NCBI GenBank assembly: GCA_963775895.1
Contig: CAVZKL010000023.1
Location: forward strand, 1 to 64,000
Length of the DNA stretch: 64,000 bases
Direction of reading: 5' to 3'
Source: Candidatus Bathyarchaeota archaeon
GTDB lineage: Archaea > Thermoproteota > Bathyarchaeia > Bathyarchaeales > Bathycorpusculaceae
Part shown: piece after piece, positions 51,238-62,616 of the stretch
How the letters are laid out: every line of letters starts with the position of its first letter
How positions within the stretch are numbered: position 1 is the stretch's first letter
The notes under the pieces: generated by a model
Told to the model about the DNA's origin: nothing
The model's input: the letters and a program-made list of their open reading frames with translations, nothing else
Databases searched by the model: none
Made by a program: the position numbers and the translations under genes

Positions 51238-51972
51238 CTATGCTTTTCCGTAGACTGGAATCGCTGCGCCACTTGTAACGTTGGAATCCTCTGACACTAG
51301 AAAGAGAACGACTCTGGCAATGTCTTCTGGCTTGACCCACTTGGTGAAGTCAGCATCCGGCATGTTGCGCCTGTTGGCCAAAGTGTCGATCGTGCTGGGC
51401 AGGATACAGTTCACGTTAATATTGTACTTCTTGACTTCGTCAGCGATGATCTCCGTCAACACCAGAACTCCCGCCTTGGAAACAGCGTAGGCCCCATTCT
51501 TGACTCTGAAACGCTTCTCAACAGCTGGGCGTGCAGAGACGCTGACGATTCTGCCAGAATTCTGCTTGATCATGTATTGCAAAACGGCCTTGGAGCACAG
51601 AAACATGGACTTCAGGTTAACGTTCATCATGAAATCCCAGTCGCTCACCTTGGTTTCGGCTACTTCGACACCGCCAACGTGAGCACCAACAATGTTGAGC
51701 AGAAAGTCCACTCTTCCGTGTTTTTCAACAACCTTCTGCATCAGGGCTTGCACACTGGCTTCTTCAGTGACATCGGCCTGAACGTGCATGAGTCTCTCGC
51801 TGTGTTCGCCAACGAAAGTAGTGAGTTCTTGTGTGCTCTCGCCGCTCCTGTACGTCGCTGCAACGTACGCGCCGTGTTCCAGAATTGTTCTGGTCAAAAC
51901 TCTGCCAAGCGCCCCAGTGGCGCCAGTGATGACTGCAACCTTTCCGCTCAGCGACAAAGAAACCACCAGCAA
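51238..51972 (-). CDS. SDR family oxidoreductase
   Basis: ITGATGALG, YAVSK, NCILPSTIDT. Confidence 0.9.
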   Translation of the reverse strand: MLVVSLSLSGKVAVITGATGALGRVLTRTILEHGAYVAATYRSGESTQELTTFVGEHSERLMHVQADVTEEASVQALMQKVVEKHGRVDFLLNIVGAHVGGVEVAETKVSDWDFMMNVNLKSMFLCSKAVLQYMIKQNSGRIVSVSARPAVEKRFRVKNGAYAVSKAGVLVLTEIIADEVKKYNINVNCILPSTIDTLANRRNMPDADFTKWVKPEDIARVVLFLVSEDSNVTSGAAIPVYGKA

Positions 51973-52264
51973 CTACTTGTGATGAACAGTATATCTCGGT
52001 TGCTATTCGAGGCTTGCTCTTTAACGCGAGTTATGATAACCTCATGGATTGAGTGGAGGGAAGGAAAAATGATAGAACCGTCAATGGAGGGAGGTGAGCT
52101 TCACCTTCTTGCAGTCCACTAAACAATAGTCTGGTTGGTCTCTGTCTTGATTCATCACAAATTCGCCTAGCGCGCGCGTTGCACTAGGGTACCATGAAAC
52201 ATCTGCTCAAATTCCATATGTTCAGGAGAATCACTCAGCGCACGTGCTATTCGCTTCTGCACCT

Positions 52265-52963
52265 TCAAACTTTTTCAGGTGTGATGTTTAGCCATATCTT
52301 TCGTTTTAGACCTCCAAAGGAGGTGAGGCTTGTGACAAGCAAAGTGCCCGCCAGGATGAAATTTCCCAAGGTGGCCCGTGCAGGGTTTGGTGCAATATAG
52401 AGGCTGACGCATACAAAAATGTAGAAAGACAAGAGACCCGTGAGGCATTGAGTCGCGTAGATGATTTTTCGTGCTTGATAAGCCTTTGATTTCAAGACGC
52501 TTAGAACGGATCTCAACCGTTCGGAGATATCGGCAAAATCATCTAAGACAAGAGTGAAACCGCCTAAAACAAAGAATCGTCCAACATTAATCGCTAGGCT
52601 CGTGTTGCGTGCCGTAAATAGGCTGACTAGAGGAACAGTTGTGGACATCTCTAGCGTAATGGCGGATAAAACCAAGACCCCGAACCCATAAACGCAGTGA
52701 TGAAACCATAACCTTCCCATTTTCACTCTACCAACGCTTATGGCCGGAAAAATGTTTACAATTGAAGCTAGAATTATCATCCAGAAAAGGGAACCATCAA
52801 CCAGATACGGCGGATAAAGCTTCCAATTAGCCTCATAAAGACCCGTCAAGAGTCCGATCGCATACACTATGCACAGAAGGCAGTTGAAAGTCAAGACCAA
52901 ACTAAACAGTTTTCTTCCACAGACCGAGACAAGGCTAGCCACTGAATCGACACCACTCCGCAA
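52265..52963 (-). CDS. Multi-TM hypothetical protein
   Basis: Six hydrophobic segments, WFHHCVYG, LVLDD. Confidence 0.6.
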   Translation of the reverse strand: MRSGVDSVASLVSVCGRKLFSLVLTFNCLLCIVYAIGLLTGLYEANWKLYPPYLVDGSLFWMIILASIVNIFPAISVGRVKMGRLWFHHCVYGFGVLVLSAITLEMSTTVPLVSLFTARNTSLAINVGRFFVLGGFTLVLDDFADISERLRSVLSVLKSKAYQARKIIYATQCLTGLLSFYIFVCVSLYIAPNPARATLGNFILAGTLLVTSLTSFGGLKRKIWLNITPEKV

Positions 52964-53215
52964 TCTTCAAACTGGCACGATAGATTCGTGAATCCGTCTA
53001 ATATTTCGCGCGGGTTTATTACGCTTTTTGGCATGAGTTTCACGAAAGTCAAAGACAATGTGGCGTATGCGCTTCTTGTAGCCTGACGTTCAGTGTTCGA
53101 CAAACCTTAAATTTGCCATAGAGCTTCTCACAGATAACGCGGGATTGTGAAGCCTGCGAGCAAACGAAGCATTGTGTCCGTGCTGGGGTATCCTAGCTAG
53201 GTATAGCACCTCTTA

Positions 53216-54618
53216 GTGGGTACTTATACTCTTATATACTCGTTTTTGCGTAAGTGTCTAGCGGTGTTGTGTGTGCGTGTCTGGGAAAGCTTTCTCAAAG
53301 TCAGAGAGTGGTCGAGTGGTTACGAGAGCGTTGACAAGTATCTTAGCCACTACAAGCGGAAGTCGCGCAGCGAAGCGACGAAGGAGCTAGGTTGTGACGT
53401 GCTGACTCGCTTCTGCAAGTATGCGGGCAAGAGCCCGGACGAGCTTGTGAGGCTGAGCCCAGCAGAGGCGAGCAAATCCGTACAGGGTTTCGTCGATTCG
53501 CTTGCGGACAGGGGACAGAGCGTTACGACCGTGAACGTCGCCCTGACTTTCCTGAGGACGTTTTTTGACGTCAACGGTTTCAAGGGCGATAGGAGGATCG
53601 ATGTCGAACGCTTCTTCCAGCCCTCCAGGTACCGGAAGCGATCGGAGTACATTCCAACTGCTGAGGAAATATACAGGATGGCCTACGCATCAGGCTCGGC
53701 GAGGAACAAGGCGATGATAATGTGCCTGTACACGGCGGCCTGAGAAATTCGACCCTGAGAGCGTTGCGATACAAAGACGTGGCGGATGAACTTGACACGT
53801 CGGAAGCAGTCAAGGTCCCCGTGTACCCGGAGATGAAGGAAGTCGACCCGAGGGCCTGTAAAGGCAACATTCCCTACTACACGTTTTTCTCCAAGGAAGC
53901 CGTAAGCTCCCTCAGAGAGTACCTTAGTGAACGAAAGAAGGAGTTCGGAAACATCGGCGGTGACGAACCGCTTTTCGCTTCCACATCGGTTAACGTGCCT
54001 AAAGAGGTAAGGCGCAACACACCAGCCAAGAGAAACTCTCTGGACCTGATCGTGAAGAGAGCCGCTGGAAAAGCGAGCATCGTGAAGTGGAGGGAGGTGC
54101 ACCCTCACTGTCTCCGGAAAGCGTTTGAAAGCGCTCTTAGAAACGGTGGGCTCGACCCGAAGGATCAGGAGTTCCTCATGGGGCACATTCTGCCCGGAAC
54201 CCAAGACACGTACTACGACAAGACAAAGGTCGACGAACTGCGACGTAAGTACGCGAAGGTCAACTTCTTCCCGGAGAGAGGAGGGCTTACCGATGATATG
54301 CGCAAGAGGCAGATACTCGACACCGCAAGGTTGCTGGGCTATTCAGAAGACAAGATCAAGAGGGTGGAAGAAGCTCTGGCAAAATACGCGCATGTCGACG
54401 AAGCATTTGACGAAATAAGAAAGCTGGGTCTTGAATCCTACGAAGCAAACAATGAAAGGAAAAGAGGAAAGGACTGCAACAGAGATGGTGATTTCAGAAA
54501 ACATGAAGTCCAAGTGGTCCAAGGCGAGAGAAAACTGGTTGAATTCTTGGATTGCGGCTGGGATATTGTTAAGGAACTCTCGAATGACAGGTTCGTTCTG
54601 AGGAGAGGTTTCGATTGA
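53216..54618 (+). CDS. Tyrosine recombinase/integrase C (frameshift near 53735)
   Basis: LYT|GGLRNSTL, HPHCLRKAF, LMGH, DTYY; N-terminal SAM-like domain. Confidence 0.85.
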
Positions 54619-55190
54619 AAACTGCGTTCAAACGCGACCAGGATTTGAACCCGAAGGAGCGGACCCAAATTCCGTATAATCCCACAGTTGGTTTGGGGCA
54701 AAGATCTGCGCGCGCGCTGACGGAATGCGATGAACCAGCATGCGTGTCAACTCTCCATGAGTGCGACGTTCTGACAATTTCTCTGAATTAAAAACCAAAG
54801 TTGAAAATTGTCAATTGTATTGCTGCTCCGTCAATGGAAAAAAGTTTCTCATCATTTACAACTATTGGAAAATTTTTTCCAACCACAGCCCTTTTTAAGG
54901 TTAGCGTGCACGTCGTCTGTTTGGAATCAAAAGCTATGAAGCAGCGAAGACGTGGAAAGCCAGGTTCAAGTGCGATGTCGCGAATGGTATCGAAGACACG
55001 ATTATTCACGAAGGAACCGGCCATTCGACCGTGGCCTGACGGCAGGAACGAATGTGCATGCAAAAAGAGCAAAAGAGAGCTGAAACAAATCCCGTCGCTC
55101 TTTTCAGCTCCTCGAGTGAGTTTCGATCGCCAAACAGTAGCTAAGACACGACGCGCGAGCAGTCTTGGATCCAAAGCCAAAAACGGAGAG

Positions 55191-55586
55191 ATGAAGTGCT
55201 CGACGACAGAACGAGGGAAGCTTGCATTGAGAAGGTATAATCCAGTAAAGTCTTACAGAACCTCCCTCGAATTGAAAATGCAACATTGTCTCGAACAGCT
55301 GGACATTCCTCTCAAAGTCGTATGGTCTCCAAAGGCCGATAATGATCTCCAAGGCGAGATCAAATCAGACTGCCTTTTCATCTATGACCGAGATGAACAA
55401 GAAGCTTGGTCAACCTTTGAGCATGAAATCTACGAGTACAAGTTCAAGGGAGTCAGCTACGCTTATCGCAGCCTCGTAAACAGCTTGATTGAAAACGTCG
55501 AGAGACTGCTCTACGAGAGAAAGGAGAGGTTCCTCGAATCTTTACCGAAGATCATCGAGACTATCTCGACAGAGAGACAAGGATAG
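55191..55586 (+). CDS. Hypothetical protein (possible minimal zincin)
   Basis: QGEI...FIYD...AWSTFEHEIYE; start uncertain. Confidence 0.5.
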   Translation: MKCSTTERGKLALRRYNPVKSYRTSLELKMQHCLEQLDIPLKVVWSPKADNDLQGEIKSDCLFIYDRDEQEAWSTFEHEIYEYKFKGVSYAYRSLVNSLIENVERLLYERKERFLESLPKIIETISTERQG

Positions 55587-55984
55587 AGTCTGCATTAGAA
55601 GCGCGCAGGCGCGCTGTCAAATCCGCGATTTTCAAGATTACGAGGAGTCAGCCGAAACGGCACGGAGGAAAGCTCGATGGATAATCTGAAAATGCAAACG
55701 CAGAAAGTGTTGGTCAAGACTGATTGTGCCAATTTTATCTGAACTGTTTGACAGAAAGCACGCAGTCCTAACCGTGCAATAAGAGTGCTAGACGACTGTT
55801 CTGATTTTGATTGACCGTTATGGAAAAGCCGATATGAACGCCCGGCAAAGGCTTGAACTATCTTGCCCTGCTCCTGTAGCGCGCGCTATGACGAAAAGTG
55901 GGAAAATCTAGGGAGTATCCATATCGTTTACGAAGGCAAAGTGTGACAATGCACGCAAAAGAACGCGCGCGGAAACTAGTGAAT

Positions 55985-57579
55985 TCATTGATGATCTCGA
56001 TTCCATTCCGTAATCTTTTCTCTGTATTTGGAGCCAGTTATCCCTTGCTCTCTTAGCTTTTCTACGAATTCCCGGAAGGCTTTTTGCTTCTCGCTTATTG
56101 CGAGTTCCGCTATTGAAGAAGATTGTTTGGCTTGATCCAGAGACTTGAGTTTCTCCATAATGAAAGGCAGTGCTTTGACATCATCCTCGTTATACTCGAA
56201 CAATCTCGGCTCTAACGGAGTCTTATCTTGGATGTGGCGGTGATATTCAAGGGCTACAAGCAAACCGCAAAGTTCTGGGTACTTGAATTTGTAGCCGAGA
56301 AATGATGCCAAGTCTTTCAATGCATAGCTTTGGTTGGGAAAAATGAAACATTCTTTGACTTGCTGACAGACATCAACATGCGCGTGCGACAGAAACGAAC
56401 GAGAATCTAGTCTTAGTCTTCTCAGAGCTTTTTCAACTACGTTTCTGTCAAAATTGACCCCGGAAAAAGATACGAGTTTTGTTTCTCGATTATTGCCAAG
56501 ATATTCTAGAAAGCTCTCAAGCATTTCCCTCTCTTGCTTCCAGCTATCAGCGTAGAACTTTCGAAATTCAGTTCCTCGCAGCACCCCCACCAACCAAACT
56601 CTTTCGCAGGCGACGTCTGTTTCGATATCAAAGAAAGTAATGTCGCCCATAATGGGTTTCAGATCTTTTATTTTATATATTTCTCCTTCGATCAATGATC
56701 TTGCTTTGGCCTTGAGCACACTTAACGTGGAAATAGGAACCCCACAAGAACCAGCGATCTCATGTAGGTCAGGAGCCTTGATGAGTTGATCTATTGTTGT
56801 TATGCCCGCCTCTGACAAGGCCTCTTCAACTGCTGGACCAACGCCATGTAAGTTCAGCAGCGAGCTAGATGCTATTTGTTCGAGGGTATCATGGAATTTG
56901 ACTTCCAGATGACCCATCGTATCGATGTCGATTACCGCGAAGTTACCTTCGGAACCTGACGAGTCATGTGAAGATACATTGACAATCTTTGCTTTCCCTA
57001 GATTCGAGGCTAGCTTGCCTTGGGAATGGCAGTGACCACAGACCACAAGTTGAGGGCTAGATTTTATTACGAAATCTCTCAGTGCGGTTGACCCAATATG
57101 ACTCGCACCATCCTCTGGTCTGGCAAATCGGATTCCCAGGTCTAGTGTCCCATAAGGGGGAGCATGGGATAGAACGATGAGAGTCTTGTCTTTGGCGGTC
57201 ATAACTTGTTTTCTTAGGTGCTGTTCAACTTCCTCCTCTGAATGTTGAAGCAGAGCGGGTCCAGAAGTTGAGGCTTCGACCCCTATGAAAACGAAATTCT
57301 GATGAACAAATGGAGAATTGTGAAGATCATGAACGTTCTTTGCCTTAAGAACTATTTTGGTTTCTGGAAAATCGTCATTTCCAGCTACTGCAAGAACGCG
57401 TTGCTGTTTCGTATACTGAGCCATTTCGGAGAAATGGTTTATACCTTCATCTGAAAATCTGGCAAGTCATCTCCTGCATAAAGAATGAAATCAGGTTCAT
57501 CTTTCAAATTGTGGAGGAATCTGTATACTTCCTCGATTGGTTGTGCTCTCCAATCTGAGAAGCAAAATAGTCTCATCAT
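55985..57579 (-). CDS. Metallophosphoesterase + HhH + RNase H-like (YprB/DEDD) fusion (frameshift near 57462)
   Basis: FSDWR, YAGDD, GNDD, SHAPP, CGHCH; LHGVGP; FFDIET, NFD, YNEDDV. Confidence 0.75.
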
Positions 57580-57669
57580 AATCAGTATATTTAACACATG
57601 GTTATGTATTTTCTTTTCTTGAAACACGCACAGAATCTACTACAACTTCATAAGACCGCACGCGCGCGC

Positions 57670-58086
57670 CTAGGTGAACTCGTCTTTGGACATGGCAGCG
57701 AAGATAACGCTCAGGATTGAGGGAATGATTATGGGTATTCCAGCATACAATCCGATGATCCACTCACCGAACAGCGCAGGGAATAACAGCCTGAAAAACC
57801 CCATGAGTGTCAGAAGACTCATCCCGAATATTGACAACCCAAAGTGTTTCCTTATTATCGAGTATATTCCCCCCGTCAAACCGAAAGCAAAGACGACAAG
57901 ACCGAAGACTCCCATGAGCACCCAAAGCGAACCAACTGCACCAACAAAAAGTAATACGATGAGGGGCGTTTCTATACCAGAAGCAATGATTACTAGAGCA
58001 CCTGCGGCAAGTGGATAACCTGTTCTCTTCGTCGGTATTGGCGGCGGTGGTGGCGGTGGTTGTTGCTGTGACAAATCTTTCTCCAC
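57670..58086 (-). CDS. 4-TM membrane protein with N-terminal poly-Pro
   Basis: YPLAAG...SKDEF; paralog of 20064..20471. Confidence 0.65.
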   Translation of the reverse strand: MEKDLSQQQPPPPPPPIPTKRTGYPLAAGALVIIASGIETPLIVLLFVGAVGSLWVLMGVFGLVVFAFGLTGGIYSIIRKHFGLSIFGMSLLTLMGFFRLLFPALFGEWIIGLYAGIPIIIPSILSVIFAAMSKDEFT

Positions 58087-60054
58087 ACAATAAAGCGTTC
58101 AACTCGGTATTAAAATACTTGCTTTTGCATCGCAAGGCTTGTGTGTGTTTGGGGGGCGGTAAAGTTTTATCCCAAACCCAAACATTACGCGCGCTAGCCA
58201 ACCTTAGATACAACAAGAAAAAAATCTCAGGATGCAGCTCTTGGGTCAGCGCGCGTGTGGGCTCCCTTAAACTATCACGGGACCGCTTGTAGAACCCTAG
58301 ATACGGACCGACCTCGCCAGCAAGGGGTTCTCCATGGACTCAGCAGGTCTGTCGACAGTTTTATCGATCTGTACGTGCTCGAACTGTGCCCTTCTTTCAT
58401 ATAAAAATTCTTGCGTAACGAAGCGTGACGAACAACGGCCTCAAAAGGAACACGAGGCAGCAAAGGGGTCACATTTTTGGTGTTTTGTCCATCTATACTA
58501 GCTCAAACTTAGCCTCTTTCCCGTGTCAAAAAAATGTAGTGGGAGACCGCTTTGCCCGGCTTCCACTACAGAATTCTGTAGTGGCTTGGCGTGAAAAGAA
58601 AAGACTTCAAGAAAAGGCATGATAACGAGAAATCACAGTCGGTTTAAGGGTACTTGAACAAGAACAAGTAATGGCAAGTGCACCTAACCGTAGTGAAGCT
58701 CGGCCTCGGCAACGATTATGACGGCATCTGCAGCGGAATTCGTTCACGGTTCTCCCCAGCTTTTTCGGTCAAACTAAGTGCCTCTTGGCCAGCCGACATT
58801 GAACATGGGACACACGTTTCAAAACAACTGCAAACCCTTTCGTAGAACAAAACCTATTCTCTCGGCAAAACCCAAAATGCCTTATGCTATCGCAACTGCT
58901 CTCAAACCCTAACATACCTAAACTTAGTATTCTAGAATCAGTGCCCTAAGCTCTATCTTAACTTAGCCTAAACTTCAGGCAAAACCCTAAGTGCGTGATG
59001 CTTCTAGAAATTCTGAAGAAACACCGACGAGATCGCGGTTTGGATCTTTGTCGAAAATCTTGATATGGTTAATTCAAATGTGATCACTTAGGAAAAGTAT
59101 AGAACAAACACCGGCTTTGTCGCATTGGATTTGCGTTTTCTTCGCATCGACGATGGAAACCGCCTACACGGTCTGATGTTGTAATCTGGGCAGGCAGATT
59201 TAATCTGAAATCTTCGATGAACAAAGGTGAAACTATAACATTTATAAAGAACAAACGCACGGAAGTCAAGCCAAAAATGGCACCCTACCTCTTTCATTCC
59301 TGTGGATGCACTCATCTATAACACCGTTTGAAATTTTATAAGTTAATTTTTCGACGTCATTGGGGGGCTTTCTAGACTTTTCTTGCTATAAGGTTCTCAG
59401 GAAGTAAGGTTTCAGTTTCAAGTGAACGTTTAGGCCTACTTAGCTTTTGTTTGCTTAAGGTTTCAGCGTATTAAGGATTATTCGTGCTTAATGGTTAGGG
59501 GAGCTTCGGTTTCCCCCGCGTCGTGATATTATATTATATTAAGCGTATGTAAGCGTACGTAAGCTTTGTTCGCGTATGATGTTTTGTCTGCGCAATGTAG
59601 GATTGTATTATTATGCTTTAGTTGCAGCTAATCGTTACGCTTTCATAAGCGATGTATCCATGTATAGGCTAAGTATCCTTATTGCTCAAGCAGCTTAGCA
59701 GGATGGCCGACCAACCGTTACCGCACAGTGCGCGTTTGTTCTGCGTATCGTTGGCTAATTTGGAATTACCTTGAGAACTGGCTGAGCTTCATCAGAAAAT
59801 GGGTTGGCAATTCTCAACGCATTGTGTGTGATGCGTGGTGCGCTAAAAGCTGCCGTTCCAGTCTTGTTTGCTCATGCGTTTGCATGTGGACTTGGTTTTC
59901 AGGAGAGTTTTCAGTACATTGAGCTGTCTGTCACGCATTTTTGTGATCAATCATACACTTTGCGTCTATGTATTAGATGGTTTCAGTTCATATGATCTCC
60001 AAAAATACACTTACGCGCGCGTCATATAATCCGTCTAGGGTATGTCCATGTTTC

Positions 60055-60267
60055 TCAGGCGGGTGTGAGAACTCGCATGACGACTGTGGCCATGAATGCT
60101 ATTCCTAGGGCTAGTGCTGCGAGTCTGAGGCGTTGTTTTTGTATTGCGACGTTTCCGAGTCGGCCGGTTGAGCTGGTGAGGATTTCTGAGGTTATGAGGA
60201 GGATTATGGCGGTTACGGCGAGCCAAAGGCCAATGTCAGATATTGAGAGTGGGAAGTGTAGGTTCAT
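60055..60267 (-). CDS. Small 2-TM protein
   Basis: FPLSISDIGLWLAVTAIILLITSE. Confidence 0.6.
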   Translation of the reverse strand: MNLHFPLSISDIGLWLAVTAIILLITSEILTSSTGRLGNVAIQKQRLRLAALALGIAFMATVVMRVLTPA

Positions 60268-60271
60268 TGGG

Positions 60272-61189
60272 TTATCCTTCTTTGAGTTCGATGGTGGCTT
60301 GGATTGTTTCTGCGTCGGGTGTGACGCGTATGGTTTGGATGGTGGCTTGTTTGCCCGTGGTTTTGGCTATTGTGCATGTTATGGCGCTCGTGAGTGGGTC
60401 GCCGAGGAGTGTGACGCTTTTGAGGTTTGGGTCGAGATACAGGTTTTTGTAGATTGAGCCGGTTATTTTTAGGATGATCTGGTTGTTTTCTGGTTTTATT
60501 TCTATTTCTTTGGCGAGTTGGAAGTTTTCGATTATCATTTGGGGCAGGGTGGTGGAGAGGTCTTCGAGGCTCATTTTTGTGATGTCGGTTCGGAGGAGTG
60601 TTTCAAACTGGTCCAGGAAGCTTGCGCCCGGTGGGAAGAGGATTACTCCTCTGGGGTTTTTGGTTATGAATTTGCTCGTGGCCATCTCTTCTATCGACGG
60701 CGCGGTCTGGCCGGTGTCCAGGGGTATGAAGGTGACTGTTTCCTTGAGGCCCTTCAGGTGTTGAGGAAGGTAGGCTCCTTTGGGGTAGGGTGGAAAATAG
60801 ATTGGTTTGCCTTTGCAGTTGAGGTCTCTGATTATTCTGTCGATGGTTTGGTAGAGTGTTGTGGCCGTTGTGCTGAGGAGGCTGCCTCTGACGTAGGCTA
60901 TGGGTCTCACGAGGTAGAATAGGGCTCCCCAAAACGTTAAACCCAATCCAACAAAAGCTAGGACCTGTGATTGAGATATTATCGAATAGACGAGGGACAG
61001 GACGCCTGGAACGATGAAGGCTATGCTGAGTCTGATTGCGGATCGGTGGCTGAGTGTTTGAAGCTGGTTTTTGAGGCGTTGAATTTCTTGTTGCAGTTGG
61101 TCGACTGATTCGGCTAGCTGTTTAGTCGATTCAAGTTCTGTTGGTATGCCGTTCAGTTCGGTGGTTTTCTGTTTTTCTTCAGGGGACAA
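60272..61189 (-). CDS. Hypothetical membrane-anchored protein
   Basis: Coiled coil, two TM helices, soluble C-terminal domain. Confidence 0.65.
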   Translation of the reverse strand: MSPEEKQKTTELNGIPTELESTKQLAESVDQLQQEIQRLKNQLQTLSHRSAIRLSIAFIVPGVLSLVYSIISQSQVLAFVGLGLTFWGALFYLVRPIAYVRGSLLSTTATTLYQTIDRIIRDLNCKGKPIYFPPYPKGAYLPQHLKGLKETVTFIPLDTGQTAPSIEEMATSKFITKNPRGVILFPPGASFLDQFETLLRTDITKMSLEDLSTTLPQMIIENFQLAKEIEIKPENNQIILKITGSIYKNLYLDPNLKSVTLLGDPLTSAITCTIAKTTGKQATIQTIRVTPDAETIQATIELKEG

Positions 61190-61400
61190 TTTGATTTTCC
61201 TATCAACATTCTGCCGATGCGCTTTTAAAGTTTCTAAGTGGCGAGGCTAGTTTTCCGCTGGAAGTGGGGTCTGTTAATAGCGGACTCGACCACTTCTTGA
61301 TGAGCCTACTGAGTTTTCTGTTTTGCGCCTCTTATAATCGTTCTTCCTTACTCGGAAGGCGATCTGCTTACACTTCAAAGCGTCGGAAAAAAGAGAATCT

Positions 61401-62109
61401 TCAGTCGGTCTGGTGTTCGATTTTTGAGAAGTTCGATCTGATTATGGTTTTGAGGATTCTTTGTCCGTCCCTGAGGATTTTGACTCTTGATAGGTTGTAG
61501 CGTCTTTTTTCGGTGGTGATTGGTTTTTCCTGGAATTTGAAGCCGTTTTTGAGTCCTTTTACTGTGATTTCGCTTTCTATTTCGAAGCCTGTTGAGTTGA
61601 GGTTCATTCTGTCTAGGACTTGTTTTTTGATGGCTCTGAAGCCGCTTTGGCTGTCGGTTACGCGTTTTCCAGTTAGGGCAGTGATCGTGGTGTTGAATAG
61701 GTAGTTTCCGATGCGGTTGAGTTGGGTCGTCGAGTCGTTGCTTGTCCCTAGGAAGCGTGAGCCCGCTACGATGTCGGTTCCGTTGTAGAGCGGTGTGACT
61801 AGGTCTGGAATTTCTTTGGGTTTGTGGGTTCCGTCTGAGTCGATTGTGACGATTATTTCGCCTTGAGCTCTTTTGAAGCCCTGTCTTAGTGCGTAGCCTT
61901 TTCCTCTGTTTTGCGGGTAGCTGATGACTGTGGCTTTGTATGTTGAGGCTACTTTTGAGGTGTTGTCGGATTGATCCATCGTCGACGACTATGATCTCGT
62001 AGGGGACTTGCAGGCTATCTAGTACTTGGGTGGTCTGTTCTATTACTAGGCCTAGGGATTTCTCTTCGTTATAGGCTGGAATGACTACTGAGATGGCCTG
62101 CCGTTGCAT
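61401..62109 (-). CDS. Glycosyltransferase family 2 (DPM1-like), frameshifted near 61975
   Basis: VVIPAYNE, VVDDGS, NRGKG, IDSDG, DSQSGFRA. Confidence 0.88.
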
Positions 62110-62616
62110 TTTTCTTCTCCCTTCTCTACATAATCGAAGTAACTTTATTCGATGGTCGTATTAAACTGATAAGGAATCGTGTTATAGAACAATGCTTCTA
62201 CATAAATATTTTGGAGTAATTTCAATATGTTGATCATTAATTTGTGTTTGATTCAGTTCTGTCTCAAATGTTTCTTTCAATTGCCTTCTAGGGTTTAACT
62301 GAGCATGGATGAAGGTTGGATTTCGTGTTTAAATGATACTTTTGTGAGTTGAATCGTTTTGCGTATCTCTCCATGAAGGGTTATCGGAGGCTTGTGAATG
62401 TGGACGACTTGTGCGGCGGGGGATGTACTTGCTGTCTGAGTTGGGGGCGGTTCGTTGGGGCACTGTTCTTAGCATCTAACGCACTTTATTCGCTGAAAAA
62501 AGGCTTATTGTGTACCTCTCCCTCCTCGGTTTCAATGTATCGTGAATATTAGGATCCAAATATGCCCGTGTTTGGCTTCCGCTCGGCCTTCCGGTCTGGT
62601 GGGCAAGGGGTTTTCC

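Noticed and set aside
53138-53212. tRNA 5' half or sRNA upstream of integrase C (gctggggtatcctagctaggt)
   Set aside because: No D-stem or anticodon-arm pairing and no matching 3' half found.
58288-58331. H/ACA RNA (hairpin followed by ACA on minus strand)
   Set aside because: No K-turn/K-loop or pseudouridylation pocket discernible.
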